From contig OZ024746.1 in assembly GCA_964016885.1 (NCBI GenBank), forward strand, positions 1,364,001-1,428,000: a stretch of 64,000 nt of DNA. The letters run 5' to 3'. The number at the start of each line of letters is the position of its first letter. The stretch's first letter is position 1. The position numbers and the translations under genes were made by a program. This DNA comes from Eledone cirrhosa (lineage: Eukaryota). This document shows, in pieces, positions 26,101-39,978 of the stretch. The notes beneath the pieces were generated by a model. The model ran no database searches. It saw only the letters and a program-made list of their open reading frames with translations, and was not told the DNA's origin.

Positions 26101-27298
26101 GAGACCGGAACCAACTGAGACAGGAACCAACTGAGACAGGAACCAACTGAGACCGAAACCAACTGAGACAGGAACCAACTGAGACAGGAACCAACTGAGA
26201 CCGGAACCAACTGAGACAGGAACCAACTGAGACAGGAGCCAACTGAGACAGGAACCAACTGAGATAGGAACCAACTGAGACAGGAACCAACTGAGACAGG
26301 AACCAACTGAGACAGGAACCAACTGAGACAGGGACCAACTGAGACAGGAACCAACTGAGACAGGAACCAACTGAGACAGGAACCAACTGAGACAGGAACC
26401 AACTGAGACAGGAACCAACTGAGACAGGAACCAACTGAGACAGGAACCAACTGAGACCGGAACCAACTGAGACAGGAACCAACTGAGACAGGAACCAACT
26501 GAGACAGGAACCAACTGAGACAGGAGCCAACTGAGACCGGAACCAACTGAGACAGGAACCAACTGAGACAGGAACCAACTGAGACAGGAACCAACTGAGA
26601 CCGGAACCAACTGAGACAGGAACCAACTGAGATAGGAACCAACTGAGACAGGAGCCAACTGAGACCGGAACCAACTGAGACAGGAACCAACTGAGACAGG
26701 AACCAACTGAGACAGGAACCAACTGAGACCGGAACCAACTGAGACAGGGACCAACTGAGACCGAAACCAACTGAGACCGAAACCAACTGAGACAGGGACC
26801 AACTGAGACAGGAACCAACTGAGACCGGAACCAACTGAGACAGGAACCAACTGAGACAGGAACCAACTGAGACAGGAACCAACTGAGACAGGAACCAACT
26901 GAGACAGGAACCAACTGAGACCGAAACCAACTGAGACCGAAACCAACTGAGACAGGAACCAACTGAGACCGAAACCAACTGAGACCGAAACCAACTGAGA
27001 CAGGGACCAACTGAGACAGGAACCAACTGAGACCGGAACCAACTGAGACAGGAACCAACTGAGACAGGAACCAACTGAGACAGGAACCAACTGAGACAGG
27101 GACCAACTGAGACAGGAACCAACTGAGACAGGAACCAACTGAGACCGGAACCAACTGAGACAGGGACCAACTGAGACCGGAACCAACTGAGACAGGAACC
27201 AACTGAGACCAAAACCAACTGAGACCGGAACCAACTGAGACAGGAACCAACTGAGACCAAAACCAACTGAGACAGGAACCAACTGAGACCGGAACCAA
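23195..27298. repeat. 16-bp satellite, about 255 copies
   Basis: Unit ggaaccaactgagaca. Confidence 0.97.
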
Positions 27299-28805
27299 TA
27301 CCACAAACATTCTGTCCGATATTCTAACGACTGTCAATTTGTCACATTTTCTTTATATCAGAGACATAACTTCTTCAGTGACCTCCATTTTACATAAACT
27401 TCACCTCCGTGGTTTTGAACACAGAACTCAGTGTTGGAACGAATACCACAAAGAATTCTATCTAATGCTGTAACCACTTTACAAAGTCGTCGCCTTGTGC
27501 ACACATATAAACATGTGTGTGTATGTGTGTGTGTGTGTTTGTGCATGTGTCTGTGTGTATGTGTAATGAATATTTAGGCGTGGTTCCATTCCAGTAATGT
27601 ATTCTATAACAATAATAAACATATCTAATTAAATAATCTATTTAATCTCAATACTTTCCTCTCTTAACATAATCAGGATATTTTGTTTCTTGTCCCACCG
27701 GTCGTCTAAAACTGCTCAGGTGTCCTTCCACCTTGTACAGCTGAGTTCCTCGTCAACCTGTCTGAGGAGGAAGGAGGCCTGGGGGGTGGGGGTGGCTGTT
27801 CCAGCGGAGGTCGCTGACCATTGTCCGCTGGCTGCAGCTGAAACACCACCCCAACCTAGGTGTAGATCCTGCCCCCCCCCCCCCTTTCTTCCATTACCTA
27901 ATAGTCCTTGCTCTTTCCCTCCTTTTCTTCTCATTTATAACATTTATAGTGCTTTCCATTACTTTCCTGTAACAACCAGATTTGAGACCTTCTTTCCCCC
28001 TCGCCACCATGGTATTACTTCTCTTCCATATAGTTGACATATGTTTATATTTCATTAGAGTAAAAGGTAGACAAATAGAGAAATATATGCAAGGATGGAT
28101 CGATAGAGAGATAGAGCGAGGGGGGGGGGGTAGATATAGGGGGGTGGGGAGGGGCGGATAGTGGGGAGAGGGGAGATAGAGAGGGGGTAGAGGGGGTAGA
28201 TGGGTAGAGGGGGTCGGGGGTAGGGAGGGGGGGGATAGAGAGGGGGAGAGGGGGAGAGGGAGAAATAGAGAGAGGGAGAGATGTATGTATGTCTAGGTAT
28301 ATATATATGTGTGCATTTCTGTATGTATGTATGGGTCAATGTGAGCGTGTGGGGGGGGGGGGTGTATGTGCATGTGTGGGTGTGTGTGTGTGTGTGCATG
28401 TCTGAGAACGTGTGTATGTATGCATGTGTGTGTGCGTCTGTGTGTATGTACATGTGTGTGTGTCTGTGTTTATATACATGTGTGTGTGTCTGTGTGTATA
28501 TGTGTCTGTGTAACTTGATATTCAGTCTTCGCATTCATTGTCCATCGTCCAGCTACTCCCACCGACCTCCTCTCCCTCCCTCTCACTCTCCCTCCCTCTC
28601 CCTCTCTCTCACTCTCCATTTCCCTCTCCCTCTCTCCCTTCTCTCTCCCTACCCCTCTCTCCCCCTCTCTCCTCACTATCTCCCTTTCCCCACCTTAGTT
28701 CAACAATATATTATCTAACGTAGCTCATTTTTTCAGACCTGTAAAGTCTCTATGTATATCTAGGTGTACATGTGTGAGTGTGTGTGAGTGTGTGTGTGTG
28801 TGTGT

Positions 28806-28841
<36 letters not shown>

Positions 28842-28976
28842 CACTCACACATATACATAAATATGTACACACACAGAGCAACACACAGACAAGAACCTTC
28901 TATCTCTCACCTTTTTATCTCTCACCCTTCCCGAAGCTCAGATTATGCTAATGCCTCCTGTACATACATACATACA

Positions 28977-29053
28977 TTCTTTTCTTTTACAACCTTGCCA
29001 CTAGGAAGGTCGCCGGTCACAAAAATATACTCAAAATTAAGAGAAAGAGATAA
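28977..29053 (+). mobile_element. 3'-UTR stub of the same R4/Dong-like family
   Basis: Matches 30568-30647; flanked by (CATA)n. Confidence 0.75.
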
Positions 29054-29068
29054 CATACATACATACAT

Positions 29069-29540
29069 GGTGGCTGCCAACTCGTTTTCGAGTACAGCCA
29101 CTACTTTATATCCATGTAGGAGAACCCCTACCGATGCGCTGAACGAGTGTGACTTTTTAGTCCAGCCAGCGACTTGAAAACTCTGGTACAAACATTACAC
29201 TTGTGACAATTATTGACACATAGTGCTGGGCCCATGGTACCACGTGACGACAAGTGCAGAGAGATCTCCAGATATAAAGCAATGCCTGTGCCGTGAAGCT
29301 TTTATAGTGAGCAAAGGCATTGCACAAAGCCAGTCCCACTCTCTTAACCAAGATGATATTTACCAAAAAGAAGAACAAGCCAACATCATTGGATATCATC
29401 AGGATTGCAGGTGTTATATCAGAGTTTTCCTTCTCACCAAGAAACCTTGGTGGGGTTGCCAGTTTAGTCGCCAACGACCCGACCATGAGACAGGTTGTAC
29501 TGGGATACATGTTACCAGTAGCACCAACTGGTGACCTGAC
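29069..29540 (-). mobile_element. internally deleted copy of the 3920-4556 element
   Basis: Direct sequence similarity; lacks about 4030-4160. Confidence 0.8.
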
Positions 29541-29601
29541 ATAAACATACATACATACATACATACATACATACATACATACATACATACATACATACAT
29601 A

Positions 29602-30647
29602 CAGAGACCCGGATAGTAACAGAGACCCGGATAGTAACACTGAAGCAAGATCTTCAACAGAGGAAAAAGGTTGGCAACCATCTTGCCCAGGTTTATGAGC
29701 ATGAAAAAAAAAATCATTAGAATAGCGACTGATCTGGAGGAGAGATATGGAATAAAGCCTGATATAAATCTCTCACCCAGAGAAATCGGAAGATCCTATT
29801 CAATGTTCAAACAAGATGAAAAAATTGACCAATTTACAGAAAAAGTTGTGCATGGATACTTGAGACGTAAAACACAAACCATAGAGGGGATAAACCACTC
29901 AAAAAGCCTGGCATGGAGTTCCGACAAGTTTATGACATCACACCTTGAGGGATATCTCTATGCAATACAGGAACAAGAACTCCCTACCAAATATCTGCTG
30001 CACAAAAGGGGAGGGCCAGCAGCTGACAATAAATGTAGGCTATGTAAAATAAAGATCGAGGATGTAAGCCACATTGTTGCCAGCTGCGAAAGAATGTCAT
30101 CTCGCTACTACCTCCCCATGAGACACGATGGGATAGCTAGAACCATCTGGAACGCACTTCGGAAAACAAAATTAACAACAAACGAGGAAGAATATATTGA
30201 GACAGATGGCACTAAGGAATACTGGTGGAACCTGAAAATAAAAACTGCCACCAAATTAAAGCACAACCGGCCTGATATTGTTGTTTGGGACCACCCATTG
30301 AAAACGTTGTCAGAAAAATACAGGAGAAGGAGGACATCTACGGACCATTGATGAGGAGTTTACAAATCCCGTATCCAAGATACACCTTTAGCTTCATACC
30401 CATCATTATTGGAGCTACAGGTTATATACCAACCCGCTTGGACCAAAGTATGACTGAACTTGGATTTGCGGACAAAAAGCGCAGCTCCCTAATTCATAGT
30501 CTACAAATGGCTGCGATAGCTGGTACCTTCAAAATTTGCAAAACATTCTTGCGATTCAAGGGATGACAATTTCTTTTCTTTTACAACCTTGCCACCAGGA
30601 AGGTGGCCAGTCAAAAAAATATACTCGAAATTAAGAGAAAGAGATAA
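29602..30647 (+). mobile_element. 5'-truncated R4/Dong-like RLE non-LTR retrotransposon, copy 1
   Basis: AIQEQ, KCRLC..HIVASC, RHD, NRPDIVVWD; flanked on both sides by (CATA)n. Confidence 0.85.
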
Positions 30648-30709
30648 CGTACATACATACATACATACATACATACATACATACATACATACATACATAC
30701 ATACATACA

Positions 30710-30740
<31 letters not shown>

Positions 30741-32640
30741 CTCTCTGTGATATTATTCATCTTGTCATTAAACCCCTTGTCCTTTCTGCTCAAGAAATGT
30801 GAGGGATACATCATTGGCTCACAGGAGGACAGAAATACGAACCTAACCCATAATTTCTTTGTGAATGATCTGAAACTCCAAGAACTCCAAGAACATGGAT
30901 GGGATGAAGAAAAATCTTGACCTGGTTACAACGTTCTCAAAGGATATAGGAATGGAGTTTGGTCAAGATAAATGCTCATACATTACTGTAAAGCGGGGGA
31001 AAACAACAACCCAATCTAGCAACATTGTCATCAATAGCCGAACTGTTTCACCGATATCTGATGAGGACTGCTACAGATACCTGGGGATAGATGAGAACAT
31101 ATCCTATAATGGTATCTGTAATAAAGAACGCGTAACCAGGTAATACTACACCCAATTAAGAAAGATTTGGTCATCAGAACTCCCTGCGCACAATATAACA
31201 GTGGCTCACGATGTGTTTGCTGTGCCTGTCCTAACACCAACGTTTGGAATACTCAATTGGACGATAGACGAAATCCGAGCAGTTGATGTTGGAAATCGAA
31301 AAATACTAAACAACACCGGAAACCTCCACATCAACAGTGACATAGACCGCCTCTACTTGAAACGTAAGCAGGGAGGCAGAGGCCTAACATCAATCCAGAC
31401 AGCATTTGAATGTCGCATCATATCCCTCCGACATCTACGAACCTCGAAGCGTAGGAGCCCGTCTCTCGAGCAAGTCTATCTGCATGAAACAGATAAGATC
31501 ATGAGAGTTGGGAAGGAACTCCTCGAGAGATACTCCCTGTGTGATAATCAAAAACTCACACCCAGGGAAGTCGCTCAGCAGTATCGCAGTGAATCCATGG
31601 ATGAAAAACTACATGCCTATCAGCAAAAAATCATTCATGGATATTTTGCCAGGAAGCTCCAGAGTGAGAGTAATATAGATAAAGAAAGTAGTCTATCTTG
31701 GACCAACAACCGCTATATTGGCTCCCACTTTGAAGGATACGCTTTTGCAATCCAAGAACAGGAAATCAACATGAAATACCTGATTCACAAAAGAGATAGG
31801 GATGCAGGCAAAACACCTAGATGTGATAACAAGTGCAGACTCTGCAGAACTAACATCAAGGATATCACCCATGTCATCAGAAGCTCTCCAAAGATGTCAT
31901 CGCGGTACTATCTATCTATCAGGCATGATGTATTGGCCAAAACACTGTACAATGCAATCCGTAGAAAAGATAGCCCCGATAATAAACACATTAAAAGCTA
32001 CAGGAATGTGGAAGACATATATATACATAATATGAAAGAGTACTGGTGGAATGTTCCAGTAAAAACCCCAATAAAATGCAGGCATAACAGACCAGATATA
32101 ATGATATGGGACAGGAAAAAGAAGGCATGCACAATAGTGGAAGTTAGCTGCCCAGCAGATGCCAATATAGTATCAAAGATTAACGAAAAGGAGAATATTT
32201 ATGCAGAACTGATGAGAAATCTGCAGATACTCCACCCTGATTACACCTTCAGATTTATGCCTGTGATTATTAGGGCACTGGGGTATGTTAGTAACTGCCT
32301 CAATGCAAATCTTGAGAGGCTAGGCTTCACAGGAACAGAAAGAACACAACTAGTTAGGAAATTACAAGTACAATCCATTAATAGAACAGTAAAAATATGT
32401 AAAACATTCCAAAACTTTTGCATCTAATAACTGCATATACACATGTACAGATCCAAAGCATATACACATGCACACATACAACTCAAAACATACACATCCA
32501 TACATACAATAACATCCATATCTACACATGCAGACATATCTACCTAATTGTTGTGTAAATTCCAATGAGAGAGTCTTGTGTCTGTTAGAAACCAACTCTC
32601 TCTCTATTGGTAAACATTTGTGAAATTATACATAAATACA
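30741..32640 (+). mobile_element. 5'-truncated R4/Dong-like RLE retrotransposon, copy 2 (diverged subfamily)
   Basis: HNFFVNDLKL (RT), YRYLG, RLYLKRKQGGRGL, KCRLC, RHD, RPDIMIWD...IVEVSCP. Confidence 0.88.
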
Positions 32641-32908
32641 TACATACATATATGTGCGCACACGCACACACACAAATACATACACATACACACATATTTT
32701 TGGTGGTGGGGTCGTCAGTCTGACACACAGATCTATAATGGAATCAGCTTGATATTGGAATCAGGTCGATAACTTCTATGGCTGACCCTCAGCTAATCCT
32801 TTCTACGATACACAGGAAAATACTAAATACATGTAAACAAAACTTCATCGGTTTTCTTTATATATATGTGTGTATGATTATATATATATATATATGTGTG
32901 TGTATGAT

Positions 32909-32950
<42 letters not shown>

Positions 32951-32955
<5 letters not shown>

Positions 32956-33175
32956 TGTGTCAGAAAAGTTCCAGGACTGATGTCACAAAAGATTTATTTC
33001 AAACCCAAACTTCACACTAATAGTTTTCTCCTTCAAAGTAATCCCCCTGGAGTCTAATGCACTTTTCCATCCTTTTCTGTCACGCTTGCATGCACTCCTG
33101 GAAGGATTCTTCCGGATTCCTCCGCAGTTCCGTCGTCACGGCCTTTTTGATGTCGTCCACGTCTTCAAAACGGGT
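32951..33175. mobile_element. mariner-like transposon end fragment
   Basis: cgaggtgtgtcagaaaagttcc terminus resembling the 2709 MITE end. Confidence 0.5.
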
Positions 33176-33445
33176 ATATATATATCTACAGGTTATATAC
33201 AAGTTTCTACATAACCTGGACATTATTTATCCCAAATTGTAGAAATATTATAACGAAACGATCGTCTGGAAGGAAAGAGATATTTAATTATGTCTCATAT
33301 AAAATAATACAACCAACTATCCACGAAATACTGATTAGTTAGCACCCCAAACACTAAATTGGGAAAATACTTAGGTATATCCTAATGTTTGTTGAGTGAG
33401 ATGGAGTTGGTCAGAGTATCGCTTAAAGCTTTCTCTGTTAATGTA

Positions 33446-33497
<52 letters not shown>

Positions 33498-34829
33498 CGT
33501 AGGGCTGTATTAAATTCCAGTGTTCCCGCTAGTAATTGAGATATATTGAGAGAAACACTGACAAGTGTTAATATGTAACCCTAAACCTCTTTCTGTATTG
33601 TAACTAAACAACAATTACAGTTCCAGCTCAGTTTTCCTTATCACTTAATTCAATCAGTTTTATATCCTTTCATTTAGATTTATCAGCTTACAAAACAACC
33701 CTCACCTTTCTCTTTTCATTGTCTTGTTTTACAAACTGGGATGATATTATTTACACAAAAAAAAAAAAAAAAAAAAAAAAAATCTTTCTTGTTTTACTGA
33801 AAGATGTTCCATCCCTGGCATGGAATTCATCGTGGACAGCTGATAGACATAGAGAAAAACGTGTATGTACTGAGGTAGTAAATCAACTGGAATCAAATTG
33901 AACCGATTGACAGGATCCCAGACTTCACTTACCAAGAAGGATGGAACTTGTTAGATCAGTCCAAAGAAACAATATCTTTCCATTGATGATAATATCTACC
34001 GGTTTCAACTCTTGTCAGAGAGAGCAATGTGAAATAAAGTGTCTTGCTCAAGGATATAAACCATCGCCTGGTCTGGGAATCAAACTCACAACCTTATGAT
34101 TGCAAATCCAATTCTCTGACTTCTAAAGAAAGAAAGAATCAATTGACAAGATCTCAGAACTCACCAACTGGGGTGGCATTCCTTAGATCAAGGAAACAAT
34201 GTTTCCATTGGTCTTCCCATTGTTGATACTATCTACCAGTTGCAACTCCTGGCAGAAAGAGCAACATGAAAAGTGTCCTCCTCAAGGATAAAACACATCA
34301 CCCTGTCCAGAAATGGAGCTCGTGTGTGGAAAATACAGGCTTAATCCTTTTCTTAGTTCAGAGCAAGAAATCAAGACTAGGTTCATTAGCTTACCAAACT
34401 TTAAGTTGAAATTATTCGGGACAAAATGGCACTGGGTGAAGAGGGGGAGAGGGGGTTACAGCCAATATATGACAAGCCTAAGGAATATATTATTTAAATA
34501 AATAACTAGCACACACATGGACATTTAACCCTTTAACCTTTTACCATTTACATTACTCTATATATACTATTGTATTTTCACAGTAAAGGCTTTACCTCAC
34601 ATAATATCTCACATAACATCTCGTATACGAGAGACGTGTGTTGACGTGTGTGAACAAGCTCGGCTACCGAGTTGGATTTACTTACTCAAAAGTGAGTTTT
34701 GATTAATTTTTTTATACTGTAATATACGTTAACCCCTTGCCTTGGTCGTCAAACTTTGAGTTTATTTATTTTCGCCCCTTTTTGGGGCGAATTTTCCAGT
34801 TAAAAATTTATTACGGCAAACTAATAGAA

Positions 34830-36535
34830 ATGGACGGAATTTTCACATCTCATCCTAACGAGAAAGCCACGCCCCCTAAGAAAGGTGATACAGAGAAGCT
34901 AGAAGCACAAGGCTCTAAGTCTTCCCTCCTCACTTCTGCAAAAGAAACATGGAACACGGAATTAAAAGAAAAATTTGTAAAAATGGGTGAAAACCCAGAA
35001 AGTCACATAAACGCAGACAAAAGCAACAATGACTATAACAGCAATAGTCACAACACCAACCAAGGAAAAAATAACGATAACACCAAACAAAGCGAACCTA
35101 CTACTGGTGCCTCTTTTGCACAGGCGGTCCGGAAAACACAGACCTGCAAGCAACTGGACATTACAACTCTGAGAGAAAAGATGAAGGAAGCAAAACAGTA
35201 TGTAACTTTCAAAGAAGGAGGAGACTTCACAATCACCTCCCCACAAGAAATCAAAAGAGACACGACACTAAGAACGATATCTTTCAGAACAATTTCCAAC
35301 ATAACAAGGAAACCAGCTCAATTATCCCAAAAAGAAATTTAACTGGTCCTAAAAAATGTGTGGAGTGATATATCGTTCATACAAAAAGGGCCACTCTATG
35401 GGAATATAACGGTGCTAATGAAGGATCAATTGACGGCCAGGAAATACTCTGTGGCGCCAATTGTTTCCAAGCTACACACATTTTTCCCCACATATTTAGG
35501 GAAAAGAACGCAGAAAATAAGAGTCTCCGGAATCCGGCCAAATGCATGCATTTCCTGGGTACTAACAGGATTTTTAGAAGACGAGGACGGAATCCTCTCA
35601 GTAGGAGAGGTCACCACAGACGTTTTCGGCGGTTTGAGCGTGGAGGTTCTGGTCCAAATGAGACCAGAACGAATAGCTAGAATACCACAGAGGGTGTCCC
35701 TCGATGGAGAAACATTTATATACATTTCAGCCGAGGGTAGGAGGCCCATATGTTACTACTGTTCAAGCAGGGGTCATCTAAGGGCTGCTTGTCCGCAATT
35801 GACAAAAAAAAGGCTCTTTTGCCTACACCCCACACACCACCACCGCCACCACCACCACCACCACAACAACAACAAAAACAACACGGAAAAATAACACAAG
35901 ACACGGCCCCACCCAAAACAACTCCAAAAACACACACAAACACAACAAAACCCCAAAATACACCACTACCCGACAGCACGGACGAGGACCCAGCTGAAAC
36001 GGCACCTAGTGACGAAGAGGGGGGACCCTTCCAACCTGTAAAAAGAAAAAAAAGAAAGCACCACTCGAACACACAACCACCAACAAAAACAAAACAAACA
36101 GAACAAACAAAATCCGCCCCACCCCAAAACATAACACATACAACAAAACGTAAGCACACACAAGAACAACAAACAAACACAACACAAATAAAACAGTATA
36201 CATACATTAACACAAATAACAAAGAACTAGTAAAAACAATACACAAAGACCCTTCGGTGGAAACTGAAGGGCAATTCTTTGCAAGCGCGGCCAACAAACC
36301 GCATTTAAAAATGATAAGACTCCCAATGGACACCTATGCAAAACTAAGAGAGAACTTTCCTGAGGACGTGGGGAAAACATGTACTCGACCCTATAACCGC
36401 GTCCTCTTGAAACGTTTCCCCACCCACACCTCACCAAACACCCCCACTCCACCACAGAACAACACCCCACCAAACAACCCCTCCAATACGCCCATGGATA
36501 TTGTGCAACCTGCTCCTCAGGAGCCGAACAGGTAG
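34830..36535 (+). pseudogene. LINE ORF1 (gag-like, CCHC zinc knuckle)
   Basis: CYYCSSRGHLRAAC knuckle; in-frame stop at 35340-35342 and frameshift at the A-run near 35805. Confidence 0.8.
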
Positions 36536-36556
36536 GTCCTTCCTCTTTTAACCAAC

Positions 36557-39500
36557 ATGGCTGATATAAGAGTTGGGTGTCTGAATGTACGCGGCCTGGG
36601 ACTGTCTTGGAAACAAGGCAAACTTTTAAACGATCTCAGGTCGCATAGAATGGATGTAATGGCTATTTGCGAGTCCAGGATCAGCAGCGAGCACCAACTG
36701 GCGCCCCTCTTCGACGACTTTGAGATCTTCGCATCTCTCTGTTAACCGGGGGGTGGGGGTGGAGTTGTCGTTCTGCTGCGAAAACACCTGGGCCTCGCCA
36801 TACAGAAGGTGCACCTGGACCCGGAGGGTCGACTGGTGGTTTTAGACGTCGGCAGTAGTAAAAGTGGAGCCCTTAGACTAATTGCTGTGTACGCCCCTTT
36901 TTGGGCAGCGCGGCCGGAATACTTCCAACGTCTGGAAACTTTTCTGGGAACGTCCCGCTCCTTGCTTTTAGTGGGGGATTGGAATGGTATCCTGGATGCA
37001 CGTTGGGACTATGTAGAGGCATGTGCCAATAGAGGGGGGTGTAAAAGCCTCAAAAGGTTAATCGGCCGATTTGACCTGGCCGATAGATATCGACTAGATT
37101 TTCCGACTGTACCACTATGGACGTGGACCAATCGCAGCGGAACATCTAGGTCGTACCTAGATAGGGTCCTAGTTAGAGAGAAGGATAGGGACACATTTAG
37201 CTGTCCAAAAATGTTCATGGTTGACTATTCGGATCACAAGTTAGTGACCTGCATAGCCAACCTTGATAGAACCCATAGACAGGGACCCGGTTACTGGAAG
37301 CTGAACTTGTCCTTACCGACAAGCAAAGCTTACAGTAAACGGATTAGCACGTTAGTTAAGCAGAGTTTGACAGGGGTAATTGTCAACAACAGGTGGTGGA
37401 GCTCTCTTAAGAGAGCAATTAGAATAGAATCGATAGGTTTTAGTCAGGAATTAGCAAGGGATAGGAACAAGACGCAAAGGGAATTAGTAGATAGAGTAGA
37501 AGAGGCGATTAGGAGTGGCAATGTAGCCGGCGTGCTGGCATCAAGAATGGCCTTAGACCAGTTCTTTGAGGTGAAGCATGAAGGCTGCGTTGTCAGGAGT
37601 AAAATGAGGGAGCCAAAGCTGTGAGCTGGGCCCGAGTGACAGAGGCAAAAAGTGGGAACAAGTCCACAATTCGGTCTTTGAAGGACCAGGGTGGGCGTGT
37701 GATCCTTGAACCTGGGCAGATGTGTGCGGCCTTTCAGCGGCACTTTGCACGACTGTTCGAGAGGGGCGGCGCGCCGGGTGAGACTATGGATTTCAATCCA
37801 TACCTCGACGGTCTGCCGCGCCTCTCGGACGCGGAGGCGAAGTCCTGCGAAAGGACGATTTCAGCTGCTGAGATAGGGACGGTGCTGAGCCAATGCGGCA
37901 AACGCAAATCCCCGGGTCTCGATGGTCTACCATACGAGCTATATGTAGCGATGCCGGACTTGTTCTCCGATATCCTCGAAGCGGTCTACTGCAACTGGCA
38001 GCAGAACGGGAGAATTCCCAGTTCTGTGACCAAGGGCGTAGTTACGCTGGTGAGGAAGGATGAGAACAAGGGGGATGACATAAGTAACTTCAGGCCCATA
38101 ACTCTGCTAAATACAGAGTTAAAGATTTTGGCCAAGGTGTTAGCGAAGAGGTTGGCGCTTGTCGTCGGAAACCTGGTGGGAGAAGCGCAGAGATGCGCAA
38201 TCCCGTCCAGGTCCATTCACGACAATCTCCACCTTATGCGATACATCATAGAGAGGGTAGGGAATGAACCCGGCTTTGGTGGGGCCCTGATCAACTTGGA
38301 TCAATCTAAAGCTTTCGATAGGGTTGACCATCGTTACCTGGATGCGGTGCTCGCGGCGGCAGGCTTCGGACCCGTTTTCAGGGGTTGGATTGCTGCGATG
38401 CACAGCAGCAACGTCTGCTCAAGGGTCAAGGTGAACGGCCACCTCTCGGAGCCGTTCCAAATCATGTGATCCATCCGACAGGGATGCCCTCTCTCCTCCC
38501 TTCTGTATGTGCTGGCTCTTGAGCCACTACTGCGGAAGTTGGAGCGGTTGCAGGGCATCCCTTTGGAACCGGGATTGCAGAAAGCGGCGTCGGCCTACGC
38601 CGATGACGTGACAGTAATGGTGTCGAAAACCTCGCAAATCGGTGAGATCGGCACCTTACTGGAGGAATATGAAAGGTTTACAGGAGCCAAGTTGAACCGG
38701 GACAAGTCCGTCGGTTTGCAACTCGGAACATGGAAAGGCAAACCGATGCCCTCCAATGACGTTGTCGGACGCTGGACAGAGGGCCCGGTGAAGCTGCTTG
38801 GGGTCTGGTTCGGACCAGACCTCCAGGTGGAGAAAAACTGGAACGAGGTAACGGCCAGGATGTTTGCACTCACCCAGAAGTGGGCCCAGTGCAAACTATC
38901 CCTGAAAGGTCGAGCGGAGGTGGCGAATACTTATATAGCATCCGTCATCTACTACCGCTTGACCGTCGTGCCTTGCCCAGTGAAAAGACTCGCCAAAATG
39001 GAGTGCGCGCTGTTCCAATTTCTTTGGAACAAGCGGACCCCTTTGGTGAGGAGATCCATCTGCTGTCAACACCCTTCGAAAGGAGGGCTGGGGATGCCGT
39101 GGCTACAGATGCGTAAACACGCATTAAGGCTACGGCACCTCCAGGTATTTCTCACCGGTCAACCGGTGTGGGCCCCGTTTGTGAGGCGAGCCTTTCCCAG
39201 ACTCGTCTCGCTCACCGAGCTGCAATCCTGGGTCAAGCAAAGACCGAGAAAAGTGGGCGACTGGCACATTGAATGTGCCCAGGCGCTCACGGCCCTCTGG
39301 AAAGCGGACCCGGCAATCAGTGGAGACTCCACCTCGACATTCTATAGAGGGTTGGTACGCAGCAGGTGCGACGATGCTCTCGGAGAAGCTCTAGGCATGG
39401 AGGAAGATGAACTGGCCAGTCTGTTCGGTAGGACGTTTGGCCCTGGACCGATGGACAACTTCCAAAAGTCCCTGGCTTGGCAGTGCTACCGAGGGGCTCT

Positions 39501-39978
39501 ACCCGTTCGAGACAAGCTCCACAGGCATGGGATCCTGGGTAGGGATCCTTTGAATAAGATCTGTCCGAGATGCGTGCATGATGACGAAACCGTTGCGCAC
39601 GCATTCGTACACTGCCCAGGCATTGCTGACCTGTGGGGCTATGTGGAACGACTACTGTCGAGGGTGGGACCAATCCGGTTGACCACCGAGTCCATTGTCA
39701 CGATCAAACCGCCTCCCCCTTTCAAAAACGAAGGAGAGGCGGTTTTTCTCTGTGTGATAGCCATGGCTAAAGAAGTTGTATGGTGGACGAGGCTGAAAGG
39801 GCTGAGGTCAGACACCTTTCTCTTCGGCCAACAACTGGTCCCCTTTTTCAAATACCATTTTAAAAGAAGGATCAGAATGGAGAGAGAGGTGCTCTACCCC
39901 AGCAAGTTTTATGAAAGGTGGGTAAAAGTAGGGAGAATGGCCAGAGTGAATGGGTCTTCTCTCTATATCAGCCTGTAG
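36557..39978 (+). pseudogene. LINE ORF2 (APE endonuclease, reverse transcriptase, C-terminal Zn motif)
   Basis: LNVRGL, VGDWN, SYLDRV, SDHK, KSPGLDGL, FRPITLLN, LDQSKAFDRV, RQGCPLS, SAYADD; stops at 36743 and 38467, frameshift near 37620. Confidence 0.92.

Noticed and set aside
22110-27337. Multiple ORFs up to 1026 aa
   Set aside because: Translations of 16- and 33-bp satellites, open in several frames, no domain
27296-27500. Possible exon or CR1/L2 remnant (LERIPQRIL...TTLQSRRL)
   Set aside because: Too short and degenerate; no consistent splice structure
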